Positions 27,301 through 34,833 of a DNA stretch of 34,833 bases are shown here, piece after piece. The DNA is from a virus. Lineage: Duplodnaviria > Caudoviricetes. The stretch lies in IMG/VR virus record IMGVR_UViG_3300046779_000811, positions 1 through 34,833 of that record; one strand, given 5' to 3'. The notes beneath the pieces were generated by a model, which saw nothing but the letters and a program-made list of their open reading frames with translations, did not search any database and was not told where the DNA came from. A program made the position numbers and the translations under genes. Positions within the stretch are counted from its first letter, which is position 1. The number at the start of each line of letters is the position of its first letter.

Positions 27301-28327
27301 GCAGACACTAATTGAAAATCTTGGCAAGAGTAAGACTGCCCTTGAACTGCAAAAGCAAAAAGATATTGAAGCAATTCAAGTACAGATTAATGGTCAGTAC
27401 TATACTAGAACACAGATTCAAGATCTTGTTTTGGCCAAAGAGGATAGTATTTATCTTGCAGAACAAACAACTCTTAAGGCTGCCCAGGATACGGTTAAAG
27501 AGAAGCAAAAAGACTTAGACAAAATGCAGGAGATCATTGATAAGTATAACAAGGAAATGACTGTTGCAATTAATAATGTCACGAATGCTTCTGGACAAAC
27601 AAAGGCTGAGTGGGAAACCGTTAACTCTGTTATTGAAACAACAGCGGACTGGCTTGGAGATGAGCATCTTCTAGGGCTAACAGACGATGTTGCAAACAAA
27701 ACATTAACAATTGAGGATGCATGGAAGAAGGTTCTTCAGGCAATTCAAAATGCGTCTGCAGCAGCAGCCGCTTTTGGCTCTGGAGCAAGCGTAAAGGCTG
27801 GATCAACCACACCACCACCGCCACCACCAGTTGCTCCATTAACTACAAAACAGCAGGAAATTGCTAAAGAGCAAATCAGCGCTGTACAAGGATTGGTAAA
27901 GAGTGGGCAGGTAGACAAGGCTGAGGCTGCAACCGTATCTATGATGAAGGAAATAGCAGCAGCAAATCCATCTGCGTCAATTGGCGCTAAGGATGTAGTG
28001 GCCATGAGAAAAGCAGCACTTGGATATTTAAATGCTGGTGGCATGGTCCCTAAGTACTTTGCAGCAGGTGGATACGCACGAGGTGCAGACACAGTACCAG
28101 CAATGCTTACACCAGGTGAATTTATTATGAGCAAGTATGCTGTTAACCAACATGGTGTTGAAACAATGAAGGCAATCAATAATGGTCAAGAAGTTGGCGG
28201 ATCAGTGTATACTTATAACCTAAGTGTTAATGTTAAGTCTGATGCAAATCCTAATGATATTGCAAGAACAGTAATTTCACAGATTAAACAAATTGATGCA
28301 CAAAGACTTAGAGGAGTAAGACAATAA
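21392..28327 (+). CDS. Tail tape measure protein
   Basis: 2311 aa, Ala/Lys/Gln-rich and helical; TP901-type core (LAAMQEGGVNAAEAANGLKSALASI, LEQLFGK), hydrophobic segments, GGxxxGxDTVPAMLTPGEF near the C-terminus; GAGGTGA RBS. Confidence 0.93.
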   Translation: MSDVNANISVNIDTSAALGELKNLQRQISQFHNQIAKSSASAAIAQRNLQQEFVNSINATGQFAARMQTIKTSAESFTTSLEKNKFSMREYFRYGVASSKSFGKVFKTEFETINKVAEERVRKLQTQYIKMGRDASGAMKAIAVTPLALDMENLSTKTMMAAQKQQLFNQLLAQGTTNLINFGKNTQWAGRQLMVGFTIPLSVFGSTASKAFMDLEKQVIRFKRVYGDLFTLPSETEANLTVIRGLASEFTKYGVAIADTMSIAADAAAAGFSGRKLEEQVKAATKLSILGEVEKQQALSATIAIQTAFKMNSDQLAESINFLNAVENQSVVSLQNLTDAIPRVAPVIQGLGGDIKDMSVFLAAMQEGGVNAAEAANGLKSALASIINPSRAAKEMLASVNIDLNAITTRNEGNVMRTVLDLAEAMKELTPLARQRILEQLFGKFQFARVSALFDNIARSGSQAANALELAKMSSQDLAAVANKELSAIEENTVTKFKASIEALRESIAPVGEAFLKVVTPIIELFTKVSDKFNNLSDGTKKVVTTLVTLFAGVGPVVLMLVGLIANFGGQLLKLFGLIRNGYLRLSGQSKFLGEQTQYLTSEQMQAEAVAHSLDQVHARLTQRFTVEADAVNNLRNAYLSAAAASERFAFNNPGMMVPQSRQPKRYAEGGVISGPGTGTSDSIIARVSNGEAIIPAKSVARNPDLVNALVSGNIPGFATGKNPTTGTVLGGTFKSRRYSPVAMMAPGNTPGGFGMDKEWLMMNEEAKASFAASIKTAMMMEQGIRATQANYRKFGENLAPTLDTIFDIFKQGVTDDVTNIAQVGQTQYPIIIKSLEDMARAGQISARDMESMSVAVRKMLAPLDSDLTQQNLQRVELATNDAGESFVKRASTERFGLSYKDQIKKSFASELAMRGMDQPADYPGSYQFAHIPYSAPTQTYVEPFLRKKAGAGSAIEQQVLQELRNGAIFKEGQILIEKQAMQVGRVAVGAVAKGAGTASPSHITDQTGQDIDNGLIIGMEKRSGAVAAAAAKVANGAVTQFEQTASGLIVPSGYGGGAGEAALPEGFTRTSGISDTMIGPMPKQSLRGKLTGAYKNFKAQPLKTKASAISGGAMRGGMVASGAMLAASMMPGPVGQLAQAAAPAVMGLQSLAMALPLLTNPLGLAVAGVAAVAAGFFFLRKKQQEYIKELQDAGKKEAEARLGNIESIEAYSRYVGDKALPSERQFNRVGDKRFIDADLAKAANFRKFYAEEGKTIGNQLAGRAGKTNALDVSARDVAQRAAAFGLAPADIAANIKAAAELSGVSEIKLKGKVQELLNKDGKDITKEPLTLDARINYLSKASETSLAVIQRKIDQIKPPQLQTDANGNVDYYGYNAEVQKNRETQIKNTKFATVGLTLALEDQKNSLAILNGMYVDGKVTVDQYNAAYEAQMVNFRNIKKATDDLVLSLDKVDPSGKASAAAIADMADQTFKGLEKTNKKVAALLKKTVTKSLPKNMRTEVLIAYANGSLSATDILQLDAILSDMKGKTYEQKVKYVADLTGISEALTLQLETSLALENLRIAQDKYRAAKERGSTALAKYKKNLDNAKGSVEKLKKAIEEGGKVTKDSPEVPGTTGVSEGGSKDKPYAFVDELLKKLKLVRKNSIDATKGVSGFIAALKGDMTGFKGTDELLRAGGATQGFIDIIGGLDAVTFKKIEKRLFTFTKDGKLKFGDLGAAIQKFTKEVELGSFVDQQQQVVTNAGQQMTAYTKLKAAGVSATKITEILGNEALTTAVAAEKVGSTDWKNFISGAKKATGSVTELGKALKINAFLAEQEQETSTDKMNEYFAAQEAIIRQQSRADFTKTQGMSPEKYEQLIAKQQESLDLAQKDVDIEQEKIDLIQEEIALFNRGLELIGREEEAINKSYEKRTKAIDDQITALEDVKKVNQQLIDQQKQQTDLAGALSSGDLGAAAKIAQEMRAGAAQNSQQTLIENLGKSKTALELQKQKDIEAIQVQINGQYYTRTQIQDLVLAKEDSIYLAEQTTLKAAQDTVKEKQKDLDKMQEIIDKYNKEMTVAINNVTNASGQTKAEWETVNSVIETTADWLGDEHLLGLTDDVANKTLTIEDAWKKVLQAIQNASAAAAAFGSGASVKAGSTTPPPPPPVAPLTTKQQEIAKEQISAVQGLVKSGQVDKAEAATVSMMKEIAAANPSASIGAKDVVAMRKAALGYLNAGGMVPKYFAAGGYARGADTVPAMLTPGEFIMSKYAVNQHGVETMKAINNGQEVGGSVYTYNLSVNVKSDANPNDIARTVISQIKQIDAQRLRGVRQ

Positions 28328-28968
28328 TGACATCTTCAAACTATATGCTAGGTAGAAAAAAGTATGCTAGACCACAGGGTATGTTGTGGGCAGATAACTC
28401 TGGCACACTTGTCAATGGTCTTTATGTGCCAAATGGGTACGAAGTAAACTCAGACACAGGGTCTGAAACAGACACTAGTACATTTAATCAATTTCTTATC
28501 TTGTCAGATGACAACAGAGCCCCACTCTCATTTACGCCTACACGAATTGAAAAAAGAGAAAGAATGGTTAATGGAAGGATGCGGTCAACACATATTGCAG
28601 ACAAATTAACCTTGTCTACAAGTTGGGCAATGCTGCCATCTAGGTCTCATTATGTCAACCCAGACTTTAACTCATCTACGGGAAAGTCTTCGTTTGCAGG
28701 TAACAACTCACTTGAGTACACATCTGATGCAGGCGCAGGTGGAGTAGAACTACTAGACTGGTATGAGAATCACCAGGGATCTTTTTGGGTTTATCTATCA
28801 TACGATAAGTACTCTAACTTTGGAAAAGACGATGCTGCTTATGGACACCTTGATCAGTATAGCCAAATCATTGAGATGTTTTTTGCAGACTTTTCTTATT
28901 CAGTCGAAAAACGTGGTGGAACAAATCACGATCTTTGGAATATTTCTGTCACCCTGGAAGAAGCATAA
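28327..28968 (+). CDS. Putative distal tail / minor tail protein
   Basis: First gene after the tape measure (TAATG overlap); RERMVNGRMR...KLTLSTSW and terminal ISVTLEEA are typical of this position. Confidence 0.6.
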   Translation: MTSSNYMLGRKKYARPQGMLWADNSGTLVNGLYVPNGYEVNSDTGSETDTSTFNQFLILSDDNRAPLSFTPTRIEKRERMVNGRMRSTHIADKLTLSTSWAMLPSRSHYVNPDFNSSTGKSSFAGNNSLEYTSDAGAGGVELLDWYENHQGSFWVYLSYDKYSNFGKDDAAYGHLDQYSQIIEMFFADFSYSVEKRGGTNHDLWNISVTLEEA

Positions 28969-31900
28969 TGTTTGTTAACGACGAACTTAAATCATTTTTG
29001 CAAACATCTTCTGTCGTAAGAAGTCAGTCTGCTGTTATTGCAGAGTGGAACATGAACATTGCAGAAAATATAAAGCAGATCGGCAATTATAGATATAGAC
29101 CTCTTGATGAGGCTGGGACTAAGTACAAGAATCCAGCGGGATCATTTGATCAAAACGATACTGCTAATTATTTTACTAATGCTACTGACGCAGATATCAA
29201 GGTAGATGGTGGGTTTGATGACTCAGGCTCCCCAATGATTTTTACATCTACTAAAGAAAAAGTAAAGATGATTTATTCTTTAGAAGACTGCTTTAAGAAG
29301 TTCCGTCCACGTTCTGGCATTAATAAGGCCAACTATCTAAAGTCAAGATTTCTTCACAATACAAATATTGAAATGGCCAAAAGGCCACGATATTACATGG
29401 CAGATAAAAATGATCAGTTTAAGTACTGGACATCCTATAGAACAGAAGACAACAAGGAGCGAGGAATTGCTAACCAGTTCAAGAATGGCAAGTATTTTAT
29501 AGACGATGCTTCACCATTTGTAGTTTATAAGAATCGTGTTCCATCAAACAGAATTGTTATTAAGATGCAGACTAACGTTGGAACTGTTGACCTTGGGCCA
29601 TTCAAGGGTGCATCTGGTTCTATATCAGATCCTCTGTATGGTATGGCCAACCAAACTACCCCAGTTCAATGGAAGGTTCAGGCTCTTTCGGGAAATAACT
29701 GGGTAGATATAATTTCTTTTAATGAGTCGTCCACAAGAAAAGACGGTACAGCAGTAATCAAGTCAGATGGATATGTAGAACTATCTTATGGACTAGTAGT
29801 ACCAGAACGCTACAGAGATGTGTTCGTTAAGGCTGAAGAATATACAAATATAAACTTTTTACCAGAGCAGTCTGTAAATGGCTACGCCTATCTGATTAAG
29901 GAAAATGACCTAGATATTGGGTCATACTATGTTTGGTTTGATGGAGCATATGAGATTTTTACACCAACATACGGATGGTATCTTGAAGAGGAAACTGTAG
30001 ATAGATTAACTAACTTTGTGACTGATCTTACCTCTCCTGTCAAGTATACAGATACTGCAAATGGATTGCCCTCATACCGTGAGTTTGACTACCTTGATGG
30101 AATAAGAATTGTAGTAGAAACCATGAACAAAGTCGATTCTACCTTTGATCTTATTGAACTATCACCAAGACTATGTGTAGACTTATCTGGAAAAGTTCAA
30201 GATTTTAATGTTACAAAAACAGCAGGAGATCTAGGATCCAATGGTTTACCTGTTGGTCAATTGCTTGCATCTACAGGCTCATTAACTTTGTTTGACTACG
30301 ATCAAGCCTTTAATGATAACAACACCGACAGCATTATTGTAAACTATATAAACAACAATATACAGATTAAGTTTTATGACATTGTTGTTGATGTAGATGG
30401 ATATGATTATTTTATTCCAATCAAAACAATGTACTCAGAAGGATTCCCACAAACAAATGCTGCCTCTCGTACAGTTCAATTTTCATTAAGAGATATGTTC
30501 TTTTATCTAGAATCATTGACCGCACCACAGATGCTTTCTACCAGCGTTTCACTGAGTTACGCAGTGTCCTTACTTCTAGACTCAATAGGCTTTTCTAATT
30601 ATGTTTTTAAGAGAGTTGCATCAGAAACCGAATTGATTATCCCATACTTCTACATTCCACCAGACAAGACTGTTGCCGAAGTTTTAAATGATCTTGCTGT
30701 ATCAAGCCAAACAGCGATGTTCTTCGATGAATACAATAACTTTGTTATGATGAGTAAAAAGTATATTATGCCATCTACCACAGACAGGCAAACAGATATT
30801 ACTTTGTATGGTTCAGATGATCAAGAAGATATAGGCGTTAAAGAAAACCAGTCAACATCTACCAACATCGCCAATATACTTGAGATATCGTCTGAAGATA
30901 AGTCGGTATTCAATGACGGTAAGATAACCTATAGCACACGATACATACAAAAAACATTCGGTTCAATAAGACAAGCAAGTATGATTGACTCAGACAAGAC
31001 TTGGATTTATAAGCCAGTTTTGCTTTGGGAAGTTGTAGGTTCAGAAAACACAAAGTCTGTAAATGGTCAAGTTGGCGCTCAGTCTAGTTATGTACTTGGA
31101 GCAATTCCACTTAACTCAACACTATCTGCTGAAGTTCCCAAAGTTGTTAATAATGTAGTCGTAAACAATGTTATGGATTTGGGAGAGGGTGTCTACTGGT
31201 TGACCAGAAACTCTGGATACTTCTATGCAAATTCTGAGATTATTAAGTATGATGCTGTACAGTATAATGTTGGTGGCGTAGGAAACGTTTGGATTACTAA
31301 TGCTCAAGAATACGAAAACTACTTTTCAAAGATTAGTTTTAATGGAAAGATTTATCCAACTGGCTTGATTAGAATTTATTCAGAACCAAACTATGAGGTA
31401 GTAGAGGGAATATTTAAATTTAAAAATGGCCCAGTAGCCAAGCATGGTAGAGGTCAGTTTGGCACTCAGGTAGTTGCACATAATGCTGGCATTAATCCTT
31501 ATTGGTCTGACAATGCTAACGTACGTGGATGCACAATGAACTCACAATACCTGTTTAGCCTAGCATCACAGTCTGATCAGAACACACCATATACAGTCGC
31601 TGCAGCAGGGCTAAACAATACCTTAGCACAAAAGTCAACACGTAATGGGATTATTAAAAATTTCTTGTCTAGTTCGTATATGACAGAAACTGCTGTTAAT
31701 AGGTTACAATCTACACAAACTGGCACAATACAATCATCCGCACTTATTCTTGAAGGCCCTTCTTTTGGTACTACTGAAGCGCCTCTAGACTTTTTGTCTT
31801 ATGTTTATAAGCCATTAACGAATAAGTTTAAGCATTTTGGAACACGTATGCGTATTGTAGGAAAAATTGAGAATAATGAAAATCGTGGACAAACACCAAT

Positions 31901-33266
31901 TGGCAGTGGCACGTACTACGTTGTAACTGGATCTCAACCAAATCAAAATATTAACGTAGGAGGTGGATCTGGCGGTCTTGCTGTTATGCTAAATCCAGAA
32001 ACAAATAATGGATACTACTTTGAAATTATTGCATTGACAGAAAATAATATCAATGATTATACAAACTCTTCTGAAAGATTACACAATATAATTTTTTATA
32101 AGGTTGGAAAAGATCCGTCTTCATCTAACGCAATTCCAATTAAACTTTGGGGAGGACTTTCAAATATTATTGTTGATAATGGAAAGTTCACTGGTCAGTA
32201 TAGAATGGTTGGTGAAGAGAGTCCAACGGTATACGATCTTGCCGTCGAGTACCAAGACATAGGAAAGATTAGACGATTCTTCTTATATATTAACAATAAA
32301 CTTATTACAACTGTGGACGACACCAATCCGTTGCCAATATACAACAATATGGCAGTCTTTACTCGTGGTGCATCAAGATGTATGTTTGAAAATATTTATG
32401 CTCTAACAAGCAACTATTCTCAAAACACAACTTTTGCTTTGGATACACCAGTCAACTCAGCAATTGAGGACACAGAGATTAATGCTAACGAGTCATTTAG
32501 TAAGTATGCCATGAGCGGAATAGTACAATCTACGTTCTTGTCTGGAATAAGTCCTTCAGAGCCACCAAAGTATTTAATGTACTTTGAGGAGTTTGGAACA
32601 ATTATGAGAGAGGCAGCATATTTTAATGTTAGATATGATAAAGCCTATCCAGCATTGTACGCAAAGTTGTCTCCAACCTTTAATAGAATTAAGGGCTACA
32701 CTGTTTCTGGTTTTAGGGCAGGTTCATACGGCGCAGAGTTCTTGATCTTTAACTCAACAGATACTGCACTTAGTTTGGATGAGACAACTGGAAACTACTT
32801 GAGAATCCAGGGTATAACATTTACGCAGCAATCTCAGAACGATCTCACCGTTGATGCTTACTTTACTAAAAATAGTAACTTCTCTAATACAGACTTTACT
32901 AATACACAACTTGTTAAGTCACCACTAAAGGCTTCACAGGACTATGAGGACATTAAGGTAAGTAGAATGACTTATGGCAAAAAAGAGTTTGCTCTGGATA
33001 CACCATATGTTCAAACAGCAGATGATGCAGAATCACTTATGTCTTGGGTTATATCAAAGGTATCAAAGCCAAGAAAATCTGTTGGCGTAAGGCTATTCAA
33101 CCTTCCAATTTTACAACTTGGAGATATTGTTAATATCCATTACAAGGATGAAGCAGGTATTGACGAAGTATCTCCTACATCAACTAGATTTTTAGTATAT
33201 AATATAGAGTATGCAAAAAATGGAACTGGATCAGAAATGACAGTTTATTTAAGTGAGGTGGCATAA
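28968..33266 (+). CDS. Large minor tail / tail-tip hub protein
   Basis: Start moved to ATG 28968 (TAATG overlap). Hub-like VAEVLNDLAVSSQTAMFFDEYNNFV and C-terminal LDTPYVQT...PILQLGDIVNI; beta-rich internal region. Confidence 0.7.
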   Translation: MFVNDELKSFLQTSSVVRSQSAVIAEWNMNIAENIKQIGNYRYRPLDEAGTKYKNPAGSFDQNDTANYFTNATDADIKVDGGFDDSGSPMIFTSTKEKVKMIYSLEDCFKKFRPRSGINKANYLKSRFLHNTNIEMAKRPRYYMADKNDQFKYWTSYRTEDNKERGIANQFKNGKYFIDDASPFVVYKNRVPSNRIVIKMQTNVGTVDLGPFKGASGSISDPLYGMANQTTPVQWKVQALSGNNWVDIISFNESSTRKDGTAVIKSDGYVELSYGLVVPERYRDVFVKAEEYTNINFLPEQSVNGYAYLIKENDLDIGSYYVWFDGAYEIFTPTYGWYLEEETVDRLTNFVTDLTSPVKYTDTANGLPSYREFDYLDGIRIVVETMNKVDSTFDLIELSPRLCVDLSGKVQDFNVTKTAGDLGSNGLPVGQLLASTGSLTLFDYDQAFNDNNTDSIIVNYINNNIQIKFYDIVVDVDGYDYFIPIKTMYSEGFPQTNAASRTVQFSLRDMFFYLESLTAPQMLSTSVSLSYAVSLLLDSIGFSNYVFKRVASETELIIPYFYIPPDKTVAEVLNDLAVSSQTAMFFDEYNNFVMMSKKYIMPSTTDRQTDITLYGSDDQEDIGVKENQSTSTNIANILEISSEDKSVFNDGKITYSTRYIQKTFGSIRQASMIDSDKTWIYKPVLLWEVVGSENTKSVNGQVGAQSSYVLGAIPLNSTLSAEVPKVVNNVVVNNVMDLGEGVYWLTRNSGYFYANSEIIKYDAVQYNVGGVGNVWITNAQEYENYFSKISFNGKIYPTGLIRIYSEPNYEVVEGIFKFKNGPVAKHGRGQFGTQVVAHNAGINPYWSDNANVRGCTMNSQYLFSLASQSDQNTPYTVAAAGLNNTLAQKSTRNGIIKNFLSSSYMTETAVNRLQSTQTGTIQSSALILEGPSFGTTEAPLDFLSYVYKPLTNKFKHFGTRMRIVGKIENNENRGQTPIGSGTYYVVTGSQPNQNINVGGGSGGLAVMLNPETNNGYYFEIIALTENNINDYTNSSERLHNIIFYKVGKDPSSSNAIPIKLWGGLSNIIVDNGKFTGQYRMVGEESPTVYDLAVEYQDIGKIRRFFLYINNKLITTVDDTNPLPIYNNMAVFTRGASRCMFENIYALTSNYSQNTTFALDTPVNSAIEDTEINANESFSKYAMSGIVQSTFLSGISPSEPPKYLMYFEEFGTIMREAAYFNVRYDKAYPALYAKLSPTFNRIKGYTVSGFRAGSYGAEFLIFNSTDTALSLDETTGNYLRIQGITFTQQSQNDLTVDAYFTKNSNFSNTDFTNTQLVKSPLKASQDYEDIKVSRMTYGKKEFALDTPYVQTADDAESLMSWVISKVSKPRKSVGVRLFNLPILQLGDIVNIHYKDEAGIDEVSPTSTRFLVYNIEYAKNGTGSEMTVYLSEVA

Positions 33267-33754
33267 TGGTTGATGCAAATCCAAATTTACCAGAGATCGT
33301 TCCATCTACATCTTCTTCTGGCGTAAAGATACCTACAACAGATATTATTCTTTATAATGATGAGTCTACTCCAATCGAGGTTATGTCGGATCTTATATTT
33401 GAAAATATAGGTGGGCAGGAGATTATCAACATTGCAAGAAATGACATTGTCAATGGGCAAAATGTAATCTATCAGCCAATTAAAAATTTGACAAGTCTTT
33501 ACTTCCAGTATAATCCACAAAACATTTTGGCACTACAAAATACTTCTGAGGAGTACTTTAAAAAGTTTCCAATTAAACTAGAAAACACTATCCCAAATAT
33601 TGGGACTGGTCCAAATGGTGAGACGGTCTACATAGAGGCCTCAACTGGCAATCTTATCATTAATGTTATTAATCTCAATTCAGACGAGCAGGTAGAAGTA
33701 GAAATACTCAGCAACGGGGCAATCTTTAATGATACAATATATGGGGTGGAATAA
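33266..33754 (+). CDS. Hypothetical minor tail protein
   Basis: 162-aa ORF coupled by TAATG within the tail module. Confidence 0.65.
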   Translation: MVDANPNLPEIVPSTSSSGVKIPTTDIILYNDESTPIEVMSDLIFENIGGQEIINIARNDIVNGQNVIYQPIKNLTSLYFQYNPQNILALQNTSEEYFKKFPIKLENTIPNIGTGPNGETVYIEASTGNLIINVINLNSDEQVEVEILSNGAIFNDTIYGVE

Positions 33755-33757
33755 AAA

Positions 33758-34833
33758 ATGATAACTAATACTGGCAAGAATATCCTTGCAAAATATTTAA
33801 TTGGCCAAGCGCCAGCGTATGCTTCATATGTTGCGATTGGTTGTGGAGCCACACCCGTACCAACTGATGCCATCCTTGGCGACTATTCAGCAAAAACACA
33901 ACTAGACTTTGAGATGTTTAGAGTCCCCATAACTTCCAGGGGATATGTAAATGAAGATGGTGTAGCAAAGGTAGTATTGACAGCAGAGTTACCAACTGAA
34001 GAAAGATATGAAATCAGTGAAGTTGGTATTTATTCTGCTGGATCCAACCCAATGGCTGGAGCCTATGATAGCAAATCAATCTATGTGTTTACACAGGATG
34101 AGAACTGGGAACATCACACTGCCTCAGCAGCAACAGAGATTCCAGTTATTTATGAGCCACTAGATGGCGACGACAACGATAATGTCATTGATCAGCCATA
34201 CTCTGTTTTTCAAACAAATGCAGATAATAGAATCTTTACAAATTCACAAAGAATTAATAGATATGAAAGAGCCAGATTTTTTAATAACGTTGTTATGCTT
34301 TCTGGAGACTCCTCAAACCTGACATTAGACTCAAACAACAGACTAGTCGTAAACGCTGGATCAGAACATATCCACTTGACTGGAGCAACACTTGACTTTA
34401 ATAAGAATGCACCTACTGACTCACTCAAGTTTGCATTTTCTGTTGCAAGCAAAGATGGTCAATCAAATGCAGTCCCTGATTCAGTTAGGGTCTTGCTGCA
34501 GTTTTCTTCAAGCGATGTTCATGGAACAGGTGAATACGCAAGATTTGAAGTTGTTCTTAATAGTGCTGATTATGATTTTGATACAAAAAGATATTTTGTT
34601 GCTACAAAGCAATTACAAGAACTAGTAAAGAGTTCTGGCTTTACTTGGGCAAGTGTTGACGTTGTACAAATCTATGGTTGTGTTATTGACAATGGTCAAC
34701 CATCTTCTAATTTTTATGTTTGTTTAGACGCAATCAGGTTTGAAAATAATAGCACAACTAATCCACTATACGGTCTTACTGGTTACTCTGTTATTAAAAA
34801 TACTAATGCAGCCACAATTGTCAAAACAGCAAA
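33758..34833 (+). CDS. 3'-truncated minor tail / fibre-associated protein
   Basis: ATG 33758 starts MITNTGKNILAKYLIG...YVAIGCG...LDFEMFRVPI...ISEVGIYS, resembling tail-fibre N-terminal domains. It is absent from the ORF track, consistent with no stop before the window end. Confidence 0.7.
   Translation, partial: MITNTGKNILAKYLIGQAPAYASYVAIGCGATPVPTDAILGDYSAKTQLDFEMFRVPITSRGYVNEDGVAKVVLTAELPTEERYEISEVGIYSAGSNPMAGAYDSKSIYVFTQDENWEHHTASAATEIPVIYEPLDGDDNDNVIDQPYSVFQTNADNRIFTNSQRINRYERARFFNNVVMLSGDSSNLTLDSNNRLVVNAGSEHIHLTGATLDFNKNAPTDSLKFAFSVASKDGQSNAVPDSVRVLLQFSSSDVHGTGEYARFEVVLNSADYDFDTKRYFVATKQLQELVKSSGFTWASVDVVQIYGCVIDNGQPSSNFYVCLDAIRFENNSTTNPLYGLTGYSVIKNTNAATIVKTA

Noticed and set aside
22435-28179. 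Many minus-strand ORFs within the tape measure gene
   Set aside because: Antisense shadows caused by Ala/Lys/Gln codon bias; no independent signals.
1-34833. tRNA, rRNA, integrase/att sites or lysis genes
   Set aside because: Intergenic gaps are at most ~110 nt and are explained by promoters and terminators; no such motifs were recognised, so lifestyle cannot be judged from this window.

Overview
Part of a tailed dsDNA phage genome, with every credible gene on the + strand. The siphovirus-like layout is well supported (major tail protein and long tape measure, no sheath gene seen). A freshwater-actinobacterial host is only inferred, from TGnTATAAT promoters, leaderless starts and the style of the tail genes. 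1-5.5 kb is an accessory cassette: a 5'-truncated fibronectin-III protein carrying a 63-aa Phe/Gly/Ser/Pro/Val tandem repeat fused to a C-terminal Hint (intein-like) domain, then three dUTPase-fold-like paralogs, two HxH-type 2OG-Fe(II) oxygenase-like paralogs and a GT60-like glycosyltransferase. A class II ribonucleotide reductase and a prolyl-4-hydroxylase-like oxygenase follow. 8.2-34.8 kb is morphogenesis: LamG-like protein, portal, prohead protease with a nested scaffold start, capsid, head-tail joining genes, major tail protein, two paralogous tail chaperones, tape measure and minor tail proteins. Best candidates for new biology: (1) a Hint-processed repeat protein with its own tailoring enzymes (a RiPP-like or virion-glycosylation system), and (2) tail chaperones G and GT encoded by duplicated, separately promoted genes instead of by a frameshift. 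All family calls come from motif recognition by eye; no searches were run.
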